DNA of 64,000 nt. Source: a bacterium. GTDB lineage: Bacteria; Patescibacteriota; Minisyncoccia; Minisyncoccales; UBA10102. A model generated the notes under the pieces. The model was not told where the DNA came from and did not search any database. It saw only the letters and a program-made list of their open reading frames with translations. A program made the position numbers and the translations under genes. The stretch covers positions 109,088 through 173,087 of the forward strand of contig JAUSJT010000004.1 in the NCBI GenBank assembly GCA_030647485.1, in the 5' to 3' direction. This document shows positions 21,143 through 30,180 of this stretch, piece after piece. Position 1 is the first letter of the stretch, and every line of letters begins with the position of its first letter.

Positions 21143-21745
21143 ATGCATCCAAAAGAAGAACAAACGCTTGTGCTGATAAAGCCAGATGGTATTCAGCGCT
21201 CTCTCATGGGAGAGATTATTTCGCGCTATGAAAGAGCTGGATTAAAGATGGTTGGGTTAAAGATGCTTGTCCCAACTCCTGACATGATAGAGAAACATTA
21301 TACGTTAGATCCCACATGGAGGCAGAGAAACGGAGAAAAGACCATTGCGAGCTACAAGGCAAAGGGATTGAATCCGCCCTCTGAAGATCCTTTGGAGCTT
21401 TCAGGGAAAACACTAGGGAATCTGAAAAAGTATCTTTCTGCGGGACCCGTCATAGCAATGGTTTGGGAAGGAGCCCATGCCGTGGCCATAGTAAAGAAAC
21501 TCACAGGCACTACAGAGCCCTTAACTTCTGACGTAGGTACCATACGAGGAGACTTTGTGATTGATTCATACGAAATGTCAGATATGGATGGCAGGGCAGT
21601 ACGGAATCTTACGCATATGTCAGGATCTATCAAAGAGGCCGAAGAGGAGATAGGGCTTTGGTTTTCTGAAAAGGAGCTCATTTCTTACAAAGTTATTCAC
21701 GAAAAAATTCTCTACGACGTAAACCTTGACGGCATCCTTGAATGA
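21143..21745 (+). CDS. ndk: nucleoside diphosphate kinase
   Basis: EQTLVLIKPDG, GTIRGD, RNLTH.S. Confidence 0.93.
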   Translation: MHPKEEQTLVLIKPDGIQRSLMGEIISRYERAGLKMVGLKMLVPTPDMIEKHYTLDPTWRQRNGEKTIASYKAKGLNPPSEDPLELSGKTLGNLKKYLSAGPVIAMVWEGAHAVAIVKKLTGTTEPLTSDVGTIRGDFVIDSYEMSDMDGRAVRNLTHMSGSIKEAEEEIGLWFSEKELISYKVIHEKILYDVNLDGILE

Positions 21746-21827
21746 ACTTGTTGAACTTGTTGAAATTAAAAGTCAACAAGTCAAAGTCAATAAGTCAAAG
21801 AAGATATGGTGTTTAAAAAAAAGACCC

Positions 21828-22229
21828 CTATCTGCCTTCAGACAGGGGTCCTTCTAACTTCTGGAAGTTCCTTAGAGTTTTCTCCCCCGCAGGCGTGATG
21901 GAGAGACATTGTGTTAAATGGCCATCTATATTTTTTCTGGTTACGCGTATTGATCCTTCGTATGCAAGCGCATCTCTAGCTGAGCTCCCCGTGGTGTCAG
22001 TCAACTCCAGTGCCGTATACGCCTGCCCGGAAGGTGTTCCTGGATTTTCGCAAACAAACCTAAGGAACTTTATTTCTTCCTCTGCGTCTCTGTGGAGGCG
22101 TTTCGCCTTTTTTTCTTCTGCTTTTGCTTCCCTCTCCTTTTGCAATTTCAGTCTCTTGGGTTCAATACTTGGACCCCTGCGGTCAGAGGGGACTAGAAGA
22201 GTCCCGCTAAAACTGCTCGTCCTCGGCAT
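21828..22229 (-). CDS. hypothetical protein with C-terminal winged helix (MarR-like)
   Basis: AAGGAGG upstream; FVCENPG...L..EG.I...L.ITP.G pattern; terminator overlaps stop. Confidence 0.5.
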   Translation of the reverse strand: MPRTSSFSGTLLVPSDRRGPSIEPKRLKLQKEREAKAEEKKAKRLHRDAEEEIKFLRFVCENPGTPSGQAYTALELTDTTGSSARDALAYEGSIRVTRKNIDGHLTQCLSITPAGEKTLRNFQKLEGPLSEGR

Positions 22230-22348
22230 ATTCTCCCTCCTTTTAGCGATACGATTTTGAAGGTGCAACTATTCTTGCTTCTATTATAGACGTATCCTAT
22301 GAAGATTTTTAACTTTTGTCAAACTTACTTGACTGGTTTCTTGGGCTA

Positions 22349-23515
22349 TCATGGCTCTTTCGATTGGGAGGTTTTTGCCAGCACGCTTCCGAGAGGCGTG
22401 GCAATCAAGAGGAGAACGGCAAGAAGCGTGAGACCCCCGTTGGCCAGAAAGATGTATGAGATGCCGAAGTTCTCTGAGATTACCCCGGAAATGAAGGGTC
22501 CAAGAAGGAATCCTGCGGCATATATAGTTTGGAATATCCCCATTGCTTCATTGCGGTGTTCAATCGGCAGGTCTTCAACGCTCAAGGACATAAGGGTTGA
22601 AAACACGATTCCAAGGCCAGCTCCCACAACAACATGGAGCAGGGAAAGGCCGAGGATGCTGCCAGACAGTGGAATGAGCAGGGTTGCCGCTCCTGCCATT
22701 CCCAAACCGCCAGCAACAATGTTCTTTACTCCAAACTTGTTTCGCGGGACATAGGAGAACCGGATTCCCAGAGCATAGGGCCCAAGCATGGCAAGGGCTA
22801 TGATGCCAAGCTGCAGAGGGGTTGCTCCAAACTCTTGGAACGCGAAGTTCGTGGTGAATCCCCACACTGTGGATGTTCCTAGAAAGAACAGCAGAGCCGC
22901 AAGGAAGGAAACCAGGATGAGCCGTGTATTTTTGAGCTTGGCAAGCAGAAGCTCTCGATGGAAGGAATACGAGAATACCACCTTTTCCTGCTCTGGCAGA
23001 AGAACGGCCATGGAAATGAGCGCGACCGCGAGTCCCGCCCAAAAGGGTGCGTGCCAGCCCCAGTATTCCGCGAGTATGCCCCCTGCTATGCCTCCAATGG
23101 TTATCCCCATGCCGTAGGTCAGCGTTATCTGCGCCATGGCTTTTGGAAGCTCATCCTTCCGGTGGTGGTTTACGTACAGGATGCTGTAGACAATCCAGAA
23201 TCCTGCCCCTGCTCCCAAAATGAATCTTGAGATGAGAAGAGTTGCAGGATGCGGCACAAGGGGAACTATTGCGTTCCCGAGGGCTATGAGGAACAGCCCG
23301 AAAAACAGAAGAGGCTTCTGGTGGAGCATTTTTCCTGAAATGATTCCTATGGGAATGCGCGCCAAGAGCAATGCTCCGCCAAACAGACCGTTCATGACCC
23401 CCACCAAAAGCGGGGAGAGCTCTGCAACTGTTTCTGCTTGCACAGAAACGGTTGATACGCTAAGGTACAGGGCGATCCAGAACAAAAGACCTGAGTTCCA
23501 TAGCCACTTCATCAT
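22349..23515 (-). CDS. MFS transporter
   Basis: About 12 hydrophobic segments; SRFILG.G.G, GG.LAE.WGW..PF motifs. Confidence 0.88.
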   Translation of the reverse strand: MMKWLWNSGLLFWIALYLSVSTVSVQAETVAELSPLLVGVMNGLFGGALLLARIPIGIISGKMLHQKPLLFFGLFLIALGNAIVPLVPHPATLLISRFILGAGAGFWIVYSILYVNHHRKDELPKAMAQITLTYGMGITIGGIAGGILAEYWGWHAPFWAGLAVALISMAVLLPEQEKVVFSYSFHRELLLAKLKNTRLILVSFLAALLFFLGTSTVWGFTTNFAFQEFGATPLQLGIIALAMLGPYALGIRFSYVPRNKFGVKNIVAGGLGMAGAATLLIPLSGSILGLSLLHVVVGAGLGIVFSTLMSLSVEDLPIEHRNEAMGIFQTIYAAGFLLGPFISGVISENFGISYIFLANGGLTLLAVLLLIATPLGSVLAKTSQSKEP

Positions 23516-23517
23516 GA

Positions 23518-25260
23518 TTATTCTCCTTCGTATGCCCCTTTTGGCATATCTTTCGTTAGAATAGGGAACTGCAAGGTGAAAGTGGTCCCTTTGTCCTCTT
23601 CCGATTCAAACAGGATAACTCCATTATGCCGTTTCACAATTTCATTTGCAATCCATAACCCAAGACCAGATCCTTCGGTTTGGGCGTGAACGGCATTGCG
23701 GGCCCGAAAGAACTTAGTGAAAATGAATTTTTGCTGATCCTTTGGAATTCCAATCCCCGGATCTTTTACATCTAGTGCAATAGAAGATGATCCTTGGTGG
23801 AATGAAATATCAATGGAGCCCTTGCGGGTGTATTTTATGGCATTGTCAATGACGTTGGAGATGGCCATTTTTAGCTTGTTGGGATCTGCAGAAATCGTTT
23901 GCAGCTTCTGTTCTGCCTTATGAAAAGAGACGCGGACCTCTTTTTTATTTTCAATAATGGAAGGCAGGTCCTGCAATGTTTCATTCACCAGAAGTTGGAG
24001 GTCAACATTCCTGAACTTATATCCGAATCGCCCCTCTTCAATGCGGGAAGCGTCAAGGAGGTCGCTGACCAAAGCTATGAGCCTGTCGTTTGCCTCGGCA
24101 GTTTTTCTAAGGAGATTTGCCTGTTCTGCGGTAAGCGTTCCAAGGTCCTTGCTTTGAAGCGTGGAGAGCGACCACTTGATCCCAGAAAGCGGAGTGCGGA
24201 GCTGATGGGAAGCAATGGTGATGAAGCTGGATTTTAATTCCTCTGCTTCTTTTGCAGCTGTAATATCATGGAGAATGCGAATGGATCCTATCTTTTGGTC
24301 CCTTGGATCTCGTACGGGGAGATGGGTTACTTCAAGGGTTATGCGTTGGGGATCTGTCATTTTGAATTCTGCGCTTTGGAATTCTCCAAGTCGAAGACCG
24401 GAGATCTCTTTGAGGTTCTTGATCATGTGCTTTTCTGTTCCCGTTGCATGGATTGTTCGGAGATCTTTTCCTAGAACCAGTTTTTTTTGTATCCAGAGAA
24501 GCTCCTCTGCCCTTGGGTTGAATGCAGTAATGTTATTCTCCAGATCATACATGATGAGCCCGTCTGAAAGGCTATTAAGCATTGCAAGGGTGTTGTTGCG
24601 TTCAGTCGCAAGCTCATTGAAAATCTGGGCATTGGTGATGGAAGTTGCAGCCTGATTTGCCGCCACCGTTACCAGGCGCATCTCAAAATCGGAAAACTCA
24701 TGCACATCGGGATAGTACACGCACATTCCACCAATAGGTCCCCTCTTGCTGATTGTGGGAACGCAAAGAAGTGCGCGATAATCTTGCTTCTTGATTGCCT
24801 TTCCCCACGCAGGTCCAAGATCTGCCACGAAGTTGGGATCGGTTAAGATGTCGTTCGTGCTCCACGCCCTTCCGCTTTTAATTGCTCGTCCAATCCAGGC
24901 CTTTCCGATTTTGATGGGATGAGTGCGTGAATGCTCAATGTAGGATTGCTGCATTCCATACGCGGCTGCAATATACGTAGCTTTTTTATCTGGAGTAAGC
25001 TCCCAGAAGTTAACCCACTTGGCCCCAAGCGTTTTTGCTACAATGGTTGCCATGTCCTCGAGAATTTTTTGGAGCTGTACCTCTACCGTTAATACATGGG
25101 AAACTTTTTCAAGGGCATAGAGAAGTTCTTGCTGTCCCTGGATTTCTTTTTTATCAACGAGATGTTTAGACTCCCTTGGTTTATTAAAAATAGTGCGGGT
25201 ACGTCCTTTACGAGAAAGGGGAGATGTGGATAAGTTGTTTCTTGCGCGGGTAGTATTCAT
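23518..25260 (-). CDS. GAF-PAS sensor histidine kinase (start uncertain)
   Basis: GAF region, PAS (SLSDGL...FN..AE), ASHQLRTPL H-box, N..DNAIKYT, D.GIGI, GSGLGL. Confidence 0.92.
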   Translation of the reverse strand: MNTTRARNNLSTSPLSRKGRTRTIFNKPRESKHLVDKKEIQGQQELLYALEKVSHVLTVEVQLQKILEDMATIVAKTLGAKWVNFWELTPDKKATYIAAAYGMQQSYIEHSRTHPIKIGKAWIGRAIKSGRAWSTNDILTDPNFVADLGPAWGKAIKKQDYRALLCVPTISKRGPIGGMCVYYPDVHEFSDFEMRLVTVAANQAATSITNAQIFNELATERNNTLAMLNSLSDGLIMYDLENNITAFNPRAEELLWIQKKLVLGKDLRTIHATGTEKHMIKNLKEISGLRLGEFQSAEFKMTDPQRITLEVTHLPVRDPRDQKIGSIRILHDITAAKEAEELKSSFITIASHQLRTPLSGIKWSLSTLQSKDLGTLTAEQANLLRKTAEANDRLIALVSDLLDASRIEEGRFGYKFRNVDLQLLVNETLQDLPSIIENKKEVRVSFHKAEQKLQTISADPNKLKMAISNVIDNAIKYTRKGSIDISFHQGSSSIALDVKDPGIGIPKDQQKFIFTKFFRARNAVHAQTEGSGLGLWIANEIVKRHNGVILFESEEDKGTTFTLQFPILTKDMPKGAYEGE

Positions 25261-25347
25261 GTATAATAAAAAGGTAGAGAGTTCGTTAAAGGTCGTATTC
25301 TGTCTTGTCCTAATTATATCATACCAACTAATACTTGAAAGAATATT

Positions 25348-25902
25348 ATGACATTTGGAAAATTCTTGCCTGTAGCCGTATCGGTTGGGCTTCTTGCCGC
25401 GCTATGGGTTGCGGTGGGATCTGCGTATGCTTTGGTGCTGTGGGTGCCATTTTTGAGCTGGGCTTTGGTATTTGGAGCAGGAGCAGGGAAACTAAGCCGC
25501 GTACCAAAAGAGATTATTGCCTTGATCGGAGGAACCATCGCAGGAGTACTCGTGGTATATTTGCTTCCGAGCTTCAACTCTCTGCTTGGGGATACGCTTG
25601 GTTTGCCAGCGCTGGTATTCCTTGCAGGCACCTCCATTGTGCTCCTCGAACTTACCAATTGGTTTGAACTGGCTCCTGCCTATTTTTATAGCTTTGCCGG
25701 GTTTTTTGCCTATTTGTTTGGAGGTTTCGCAGGGCCTGCCGGGATGACCGTTGCTTCCATTACGATGTACCTCGTGTTGCTTTTCGTGGGAACGGGGTTG
25801 GGAGTTATCACGGTGTTCATGAGAACCTTTTTGCTTGACTTAATGAAGGTTCCTTTGGATCAGCGCCAAACAATTTTTGACAAGGAAAGAAAAGTTTCGT
25901 AG
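25348..25902 (+). CDS. DUF1097-like membrane protein
   Basis: Hydrophobic; W..FLSWA..F.AG, P..F..FA..F pattern. Confidence 0.65.
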   Translation: MTFGKFLPVAVSVGLLAALWVAVGSAYALVLWVPFLSWALVFGAGAGKLSRVPKEIIALIGGTIAGVLVVYLLPSFNSLLGDTLGLPALVFLAGTSIVLLELTNWFELAPAYFYSFAGFFAYLFGGFAGPAGMTVASITMYLVLLFVGTGLGVITVFMRTFLLDLMKVPLDQRQTIFDKERKVS

Positions 25903-25954
25903 TGATACGGGGAGAAAGTTGACTGGCTTGTTGACAAAAAGGTATAATGAAAGT

Positions 25955-26092
25955 AGCCCTGTGTTCCTTTCTATGTGATTTCTACTATACACTTCTTTAG
26001 GAAACTGGATACAGTGTGTCCACCTTGGTGAACACCTTAGGTTTCCACCTTGGATCTTCGTAGGATAATCTAATAGAAAGGGAGCAGGGTTC
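25955..26092 (+). ncRNA. candidate structured ncRNA, 6S (SsrS)-like rod with central bubble
   Basis: TATAAT 25943-25948 upstream; long closing stem, ~14/13-nt internal bubble, terminal stems; terminator follows; no usable ORF. Confidence 0.55.
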
Positions 26093-26122
26093 AAAAAAGC
26101 ACCGCGAGAGCGGTGTTTTTTT
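26093..26122. terminator. bidirectional intrinsic terminator
   Basis: aaaaaagcaccgc-gaga-gcggtgtttttt. Confidence 0.75.
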
Positions 26123-26131
26123 GGTGGTCTG

Positions 26132-26782
26132 CTAATCGTATGTTTTCCCTCCTCCGCTTCCGGGGATAAACTCTGGACCCTTATTCCGCCAGCGGTTTAT
26201 AAAGTCAGTGATGCGTTGTTCGTCCACAGTTCCGTCTGGGTTGAGGCTAAAAGTGTCTAACCTATTCCATGCAGCTAACGCGATATCCATGTCATTTGCA
26301 GATCGCGGAGTGAGCACAGTTCCACCGTACTTTTTGAGAAGTTCTTCAAGAGTTTTTTTCGTTTGTTCGGGTATAGAGGGTTTGTATGAAACCCATACTC
26401 TTCCGTGCTCCAAGCTGTGCACGATTGCCTCGTCTGGCTTTTCTGTGTTATATATTCCGTCTGCCAAGGGCTCTGACCAGTGATTTCCTGAAGTTGGGGG
26501 ATTAGAGTTGTATTCTACCGTGGTTCCTTCCGATAGGTGTGTTCTTCCTTCGTCCGGTATGGCTTTTGAAAAATCAGGTTCAGAAGTTTGCCCTTTGGAA
26601 CCGAAGAGAAAGAACGACCCAATAATTCCTACGATTGCAAGAATACCCAAACCCCACAGCGCTATCTTTTTCATACCCTTTTTGTTTTTCTCCTGGGATT
26701 TTTGTTCTTGTTTTTCTGCTCTCTTAGATGCTCTTCTCTCTTTTCTGGTGAGAGGTTGCATAGGTGTAGTTTCTTGTTCCAT
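26132..26782 (-). CDS. DUF3105-like membrane-anchored protein
   Basis: Y.SNPPTSGNH, VHSLEHG.V...Y, IAL.AW, GPE motifs. Confidence 0.8.
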   Translation of the reverse strand: MEQETTPMQPLTRKERRASKRAEKQEQKSQEKNKKGMKKIALWGLGILAIVGIIGSFFLFGSKGQTSEPDFSKAIPDEGRTHLSEGTTVEYNSNPPTSGNHWSEPLADGIYNTEKPDEAIVHSLEHGRVWVSYKPSIPEQTKKTLEELLKKYGGTVLTPRSANDMDIALAAWNRLDTFSLNPDGTVDEQRITDFINRWRNKGPEFIPGSGGGKTYD

Positions 26783-26789
26783 AGAATGA

Positions 26790-27101
26790 TTATACCACGC
26801 CAGTTGTTATTTGTTGAATACGTTTTGCTTCTCTTTCTACAACTGGTCCGTCATACTCTCCGCTATGCGCACGAGAACCTTGGTAGCTGGGTTGTTTTTG
26901 GTCTAGGTGCAGTTCAAGCGTTGCCCTCGTATTATCTGGAGATATTCTTGAGTAGATATGGAAACGTGGATAGCGCCTGCCCATGAGGGGACGAGTCCAC
27001 TTCTGTTCTCCTGTGCTTTCATCTGCGCCTTCTGGAGCGTATCCGCAGTGCCGCATGATCGAAAGTATATTGTCTCTTGAGAGCGTGATTTCAATCCTCA
27101 T
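26790..27101 (-). CDS. conserved hypothetical protein
   Basis: MR.CGY, YPRFHIY, LHLDQK.PSY.G..AHSGEY; ATG 27101 downstream of the tRNA. Confidence 0.65.
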   Translation of the reverse strand: MRIEITLSRDNILSIMRHCGYAPEGADESTGEQKWTRPLMGRRYPRFHIYSRISPDNTRATLELHLDQKQPSYQGSRAHSGEYDGPVVEREAKRIQQITTGVV

Positions 27102-27129
27102 GATAAAGCATTGAGTTATGCTCAATATG

Positions 27130-27201
27130 TCGGGGCAGTGGGAGTCGGACCCACCGTCACATTCACCCCAAGAATGCATGTTGCCGCTACACTATGCCCC
27201 G
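27130..27201 (-). tRNA. tRNA-Pro(GGG), CCA not encoded
   Basis: Acceptor CGGGGCA/TGCCCCG, anticodon arm CATTC-TTGGGGT-GAATG, T arm GTGGG-TCCGACT-CCCAC. Confidence 0.9.
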
Positions 27202-27245
27202 CATTGGATTCTTTTTCAATGCAATTTCTAGTATAATAGATAAAC

Positions 27246-28025
27246 ATGAATAATGGAAGAAGGCATCCACAAGTGGTAAAAATAAGGGCACGTGAGTTGC
27301 GTAAAAATGGGTATACGCACAGAGAGATTGCAAAAACATTAGGAATCAGTAAGGGTTCTGCGCATTTATGGGCTACAGGCATTGTTTTAACATTTCATCA
27401 AAAAGAAGCGGTTGAACGAAGAAAGAATCAGCATGTTTACACTGAACAGGAGAAACAGGTGCTTCGGGAAAATCTCCGTAAAAACGTATGGCCACGCAAC
27501 ATCAAATATACAAGAGACTCATTGCTCCAGCTTATTCGAACTTTCTATAAAAAGAATGGAAGAATACCCCTGAAGAGAGAATTTAATATGTGGGGTGAGT
27601 ATAGAAGGCATTTTCAAGGATGGAACGATGCCATTAAAACAGCAGGATTTGAGCCGAATCAAGCCATTTTCTCAAAGAGGTGTTATGCGTGTGATGGTCA
27701 TATCTGCGATTCTTTTGTGGAAAAGATTTTGGATGATTGGCTTTCTTCGAAAAAGGTTCTCCATGAGAAAAATGCTCCATACGTTGGGACAAAAATGACA
27801 GCGGATTTTGCGATTGGCAACCTGCGTATTGAATATTTTGGTCTTGCAAAAGAAATGGACGGGTATGACGAGGCAATCAAAAAGAAAAGAACCCTATGTA
27901 GAAAGGAAGGGCTCAGACTTTTAGAAATATATCCCAAAGACCTTTTTTCCTCGTCGAGGGGATTCAAAAAATGTCTTGGTCAAATCCTACGAGCAGTAAG
28001 AGGCGGAACCTTATCTTTTACCTAA
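27246..28025 (+). CDS. HTH + homing-endonuclease-associated repeat + PD-(D/E)XK-type nuclease
   Basis: A.ELR..G.T..EIA..LGISK HTH; F....GRIP...Y...F.GWN.A...AG repeat; DS..E..D..L, ADF...IEYFG. Confidence 0.6.
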   Translation: MNNGRRHPQVVKIRARELRKNGYTHREIAKTLGISKGSAHLWATGIVLTFHQKEAVERRKNQHVYTEQEKQVLRENLRKNVWPRNIKYTRDSLLQLIRTFYKKNGRIPLKREFNMWGEYRRHFQGWNDAIKTAGFEPNQAIFSKRCYACDGHICDSFVEKILDDWLSSKKVLHEKNAPYVGTKMTADFAIGNLRIEYFGLAKEMDGYDEAIKKKRTLCRKEGLRLLEIYPKDLFSSSRGFKKCLGQILRAVRGGTLSFT

Positions 28026-28217
28026 AGACTTCATGCATTTAGTGCATGCTTTGATTCTAGCGCCCATATCAAAACCAAACTTCTTAAATGGTAAGGTAAG
28101 CCACTGGAGATTAGGTTTCTGGTGTTGCTTCACCGTTGGATTATATTTCCCCCTTAGCTTTGAGTGCCTCATAATGGGGTTTTTATGTTTTCCGCATATC
28201 GCGCATTCTTGTGCCAT
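28011..28217 (-). CDS. rpmB: 50S ribosomal protein L28
   Basis: MA.ECAICGK...R..YNPT....KPNLQ...ACTKCMK. Confidence 0.8.
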   Translation of the reverse strand: MAQECAICGKHKNPIMRHSKLRGKYNPTVKQHQKPNLQWLTLPFKKFGFDMGARIKACTKCMKSLGKR

Positions 28218-28274
28218 AGAGCATAGTGTAGCAGGATTATTTTTCTTTTGCAAGGAGTATGGTACAATAAGTTC

Positions 28275-28892
28275 ATGGAGTTCATCTTTCTTATTGCCAT
28301 TCTTGTATTTTCGGTTGTGTTCCACGAGGTTTCTCATGGAGTAGTTGCAAATTCTCTTGGAGACACTACCGCTAGGGATGCAGGACGTTTAACCCTGAAT
28401 CCCTTGCCCCACCTTGATCCCTTGGGATCTATTATTGTCCCCGCGTTCCTTATTCTTATGAATCAGATTGCAGGAGGAGGCATTATCTTTGGATGGGCAA
28501 AGCCGGTCCCAGTGAATCCCCAGTATCTCCGCGACCGCAAGTTCGGGGAGGCAAAGGTAAGCTTGGCTGGCCCTGCTTCTAACTTTGCCTTGGCCCTCGT
28601 ATTTGGATTAGCGTTGAGGTTTCTCCCCATAGGAGATATTCATCCCAGCCTTGTGGTTATATTCCAGTCCATTGTGTACATTAATCTTTTGTTGGCCGCA
28701 TTCAACCTTCTTCCCATTCCTCCCCTGGATGGTTCCCATATTTTGTTCTCCCTTCTCCCGCGCTCCATGCACAAGGTGAAGACATTCTTGCAGCAGTACG
28801 GCCTTATGCTTCTTTTCATTCTCATTTTCTTCTTCTTTGACTTTATCTCTCTCTTCGTAGACCTGGTGTTCCGCCTTATTGTCGGAGTGTAG
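28275..28892 (+). CDS. site-2 protease (M50) family protein
   Basis: HEVSH, GRLTLNP..H.D..G, GWAKPVP, AGP, FNLLPIPPLDG. Confidence 0.92.
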   Translation: MEFIFLIAILVFSVVFHEVSHGVVANSLGDTTARDAGRLTLNPLPHLDPLGSIIVPAFLILMNQIAGGGIIFGWAKPVPVNPQYLRDRKFGEAKVSLAGPASNFALALVFGLALRFLPIGDIHPSLVVIFQSIVYINLLLAAFNLLPIPPLDGSHILFSLLPRSMHKVKTFLQQYGLMLLFILIFFFFDFISLFVDLVFRLIVGV

Positions 28893-28967
28893 TCGTTTTG
28901 TTTGTTGACAAACAAGCGTTCTTTTGATAGAGTTTATTTTGATATTGCATGATAAATTTTCTTTGAA

Positions 28968-29036
28968 AATTTTCGGTTTCCCCCGTGTAGGAAAACAGGT
29001 CGCCTAAGGCGACCGTTAGAAACCGTGTGAGCGTAT
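28968..29036 (+). repeat. dispersed hairpin family 2, variant before rpsL
   Basis: cggtttcccccgtgtaggaaa...gaaaccgtgtgagcgta; inner part replaced by ggtcgcc-taa-ggcgacc. Confidence 0.65.
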
Positions 29037-29447
29037 ATGCCTACTATTCATCAGCTTTTAAAGCATCCAAGAGTAAAAGGGAAAAAGAAAGACAAAACTC
29101 CTGCCTTGACGTTTGGTTTTAACACAAAAATGAATCAGCCTTCAGAGTATGCGTCTCCTTTCAAGCGCGGGGTATGCGTGAAGGTGTTTACCACCACGCC
29201 CAAGAAGCCAAACTCTGCATTGAGAAAAGTTGCGAGAGTCAGGCTGTCTAACGGCATGGAAGTGACCGCATATATCCCTGGAGAAGGGCATAATCTCCAA
29301 GAGCACTCTGTGGTTCTGATCAGGGGAGGGAGGGTGAAAGACCTTCCTGGGGTGAGATATCACATTGTGCGCGGCGTATTGGATGCCGCGGGCATTGAAA
29401 CAAGAAAACAAACACGATCAAAGTATGGAACAAAGAGACCGAAATAG
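29037..29447 (+). CDS. rpsL: 30S ribosomal protein S12
   Basis: [23 protein letters not shown]. Confidence 0.98.
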   Translation: MPTIHQLLKHPRVKGKKKDKTPALTFGFNTKMNQPSEYASPFKRGVCVKVFTTTPKKPNSALRKVARVRLSNGMEVTAYIPGEGHNLQEHSVVLIRGGRVKDLPGVRYHIVRGVLDAAGIETRKQTRSKYGTKRPK

Positions 29448-29859
29448 TGAAATGGTGGTGAAACTGGTGAACCAGGTCATGAAGGAGGGAAAGAAATCAA
29501 TCGCACGGAAGATTGTTTCTGGCGCCTTTGACATTATTGCAGAAAAGCTTAAGAAAGATCCCGTGGAGGTCTATGAGCAAAGCATTCAGAATGTTTCTCC
29601 CATGGTGGAGGTGCGTTCAAAACGAGTGGGAGGCGCAACCTACCAGGTTCCCGTAGAGGTAAAAGGAAGCAGGGCGTTGAGTTTGGCCTTGAGATGGGTT
29701 CTTGGCGCCGCACGGTCTAAAAAGGGAAAGCCCATGGCAGAGAAACTCGCAGAAGAGCTCATGCTAGCGTACAAGAAAGAGGGGACCGCTTTTAAAAAGA
29801 AAGAAGATACTCATCGCATGGCAGAGGCGAACCGCGCCTTTGCCCACTTTGCCTGGTGA
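29425..29859 (+). CDS. rpsG: 30S ribosomal protein S7 (N-terminally shortened; start 29425 or 29452)
   Basis: [29 protein letters not shown]. Confidence 0.93.
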   Translation: MEQRDRNSEMVVKLVNQVMKEGKKSIARKIVSGAFDIIAEKLKKDPVEVYEQSIQNVSPMVEVRSKRVGGATYQVPVEVKGSRALSLALRWVLGAARSKKGKPMAEKLAEELMLAYKKEGTAFKKKEDTHRMAEANRAFAHFAW

Positions 29860-30171
29860 GGTATGCTCGGCAACAAACCACGAAAGTACCGAGCCTCAAA
29901 ATCCCTGCGAGATTTTGGGCTCTGCGTTCTCAACTCGCTATCCTCGTTTTACTCGGAACCATGCTAGCGAGTTTCCGAAAGCTACTTTCATGATTTATTG
30001 CCTCGCATTCTCAAACGCGAAGATTCTGCAGTAAGGTTTTTCACGAGCTTTCGCAGGTCTGTCAGCATGGTCCCCGAGTGTATCGAGGGGTGACAGACCG
30101 AGAAGGCAACCCGCAAACATTCGCTGGAATGTTTGACGAGGTGGTCGTAGAAAACCTTACTACAGAATCTT
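29857..30171 (+). other. highly structured rpsG-fusA intergenic insert
   Basis: 21-bp stem 30020-30040/30151-30171 enclosing several hairpins; more stems at 29857-29971. Confidence 0.6.
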
Positions 30172-30180
30172 ATTGAACAT

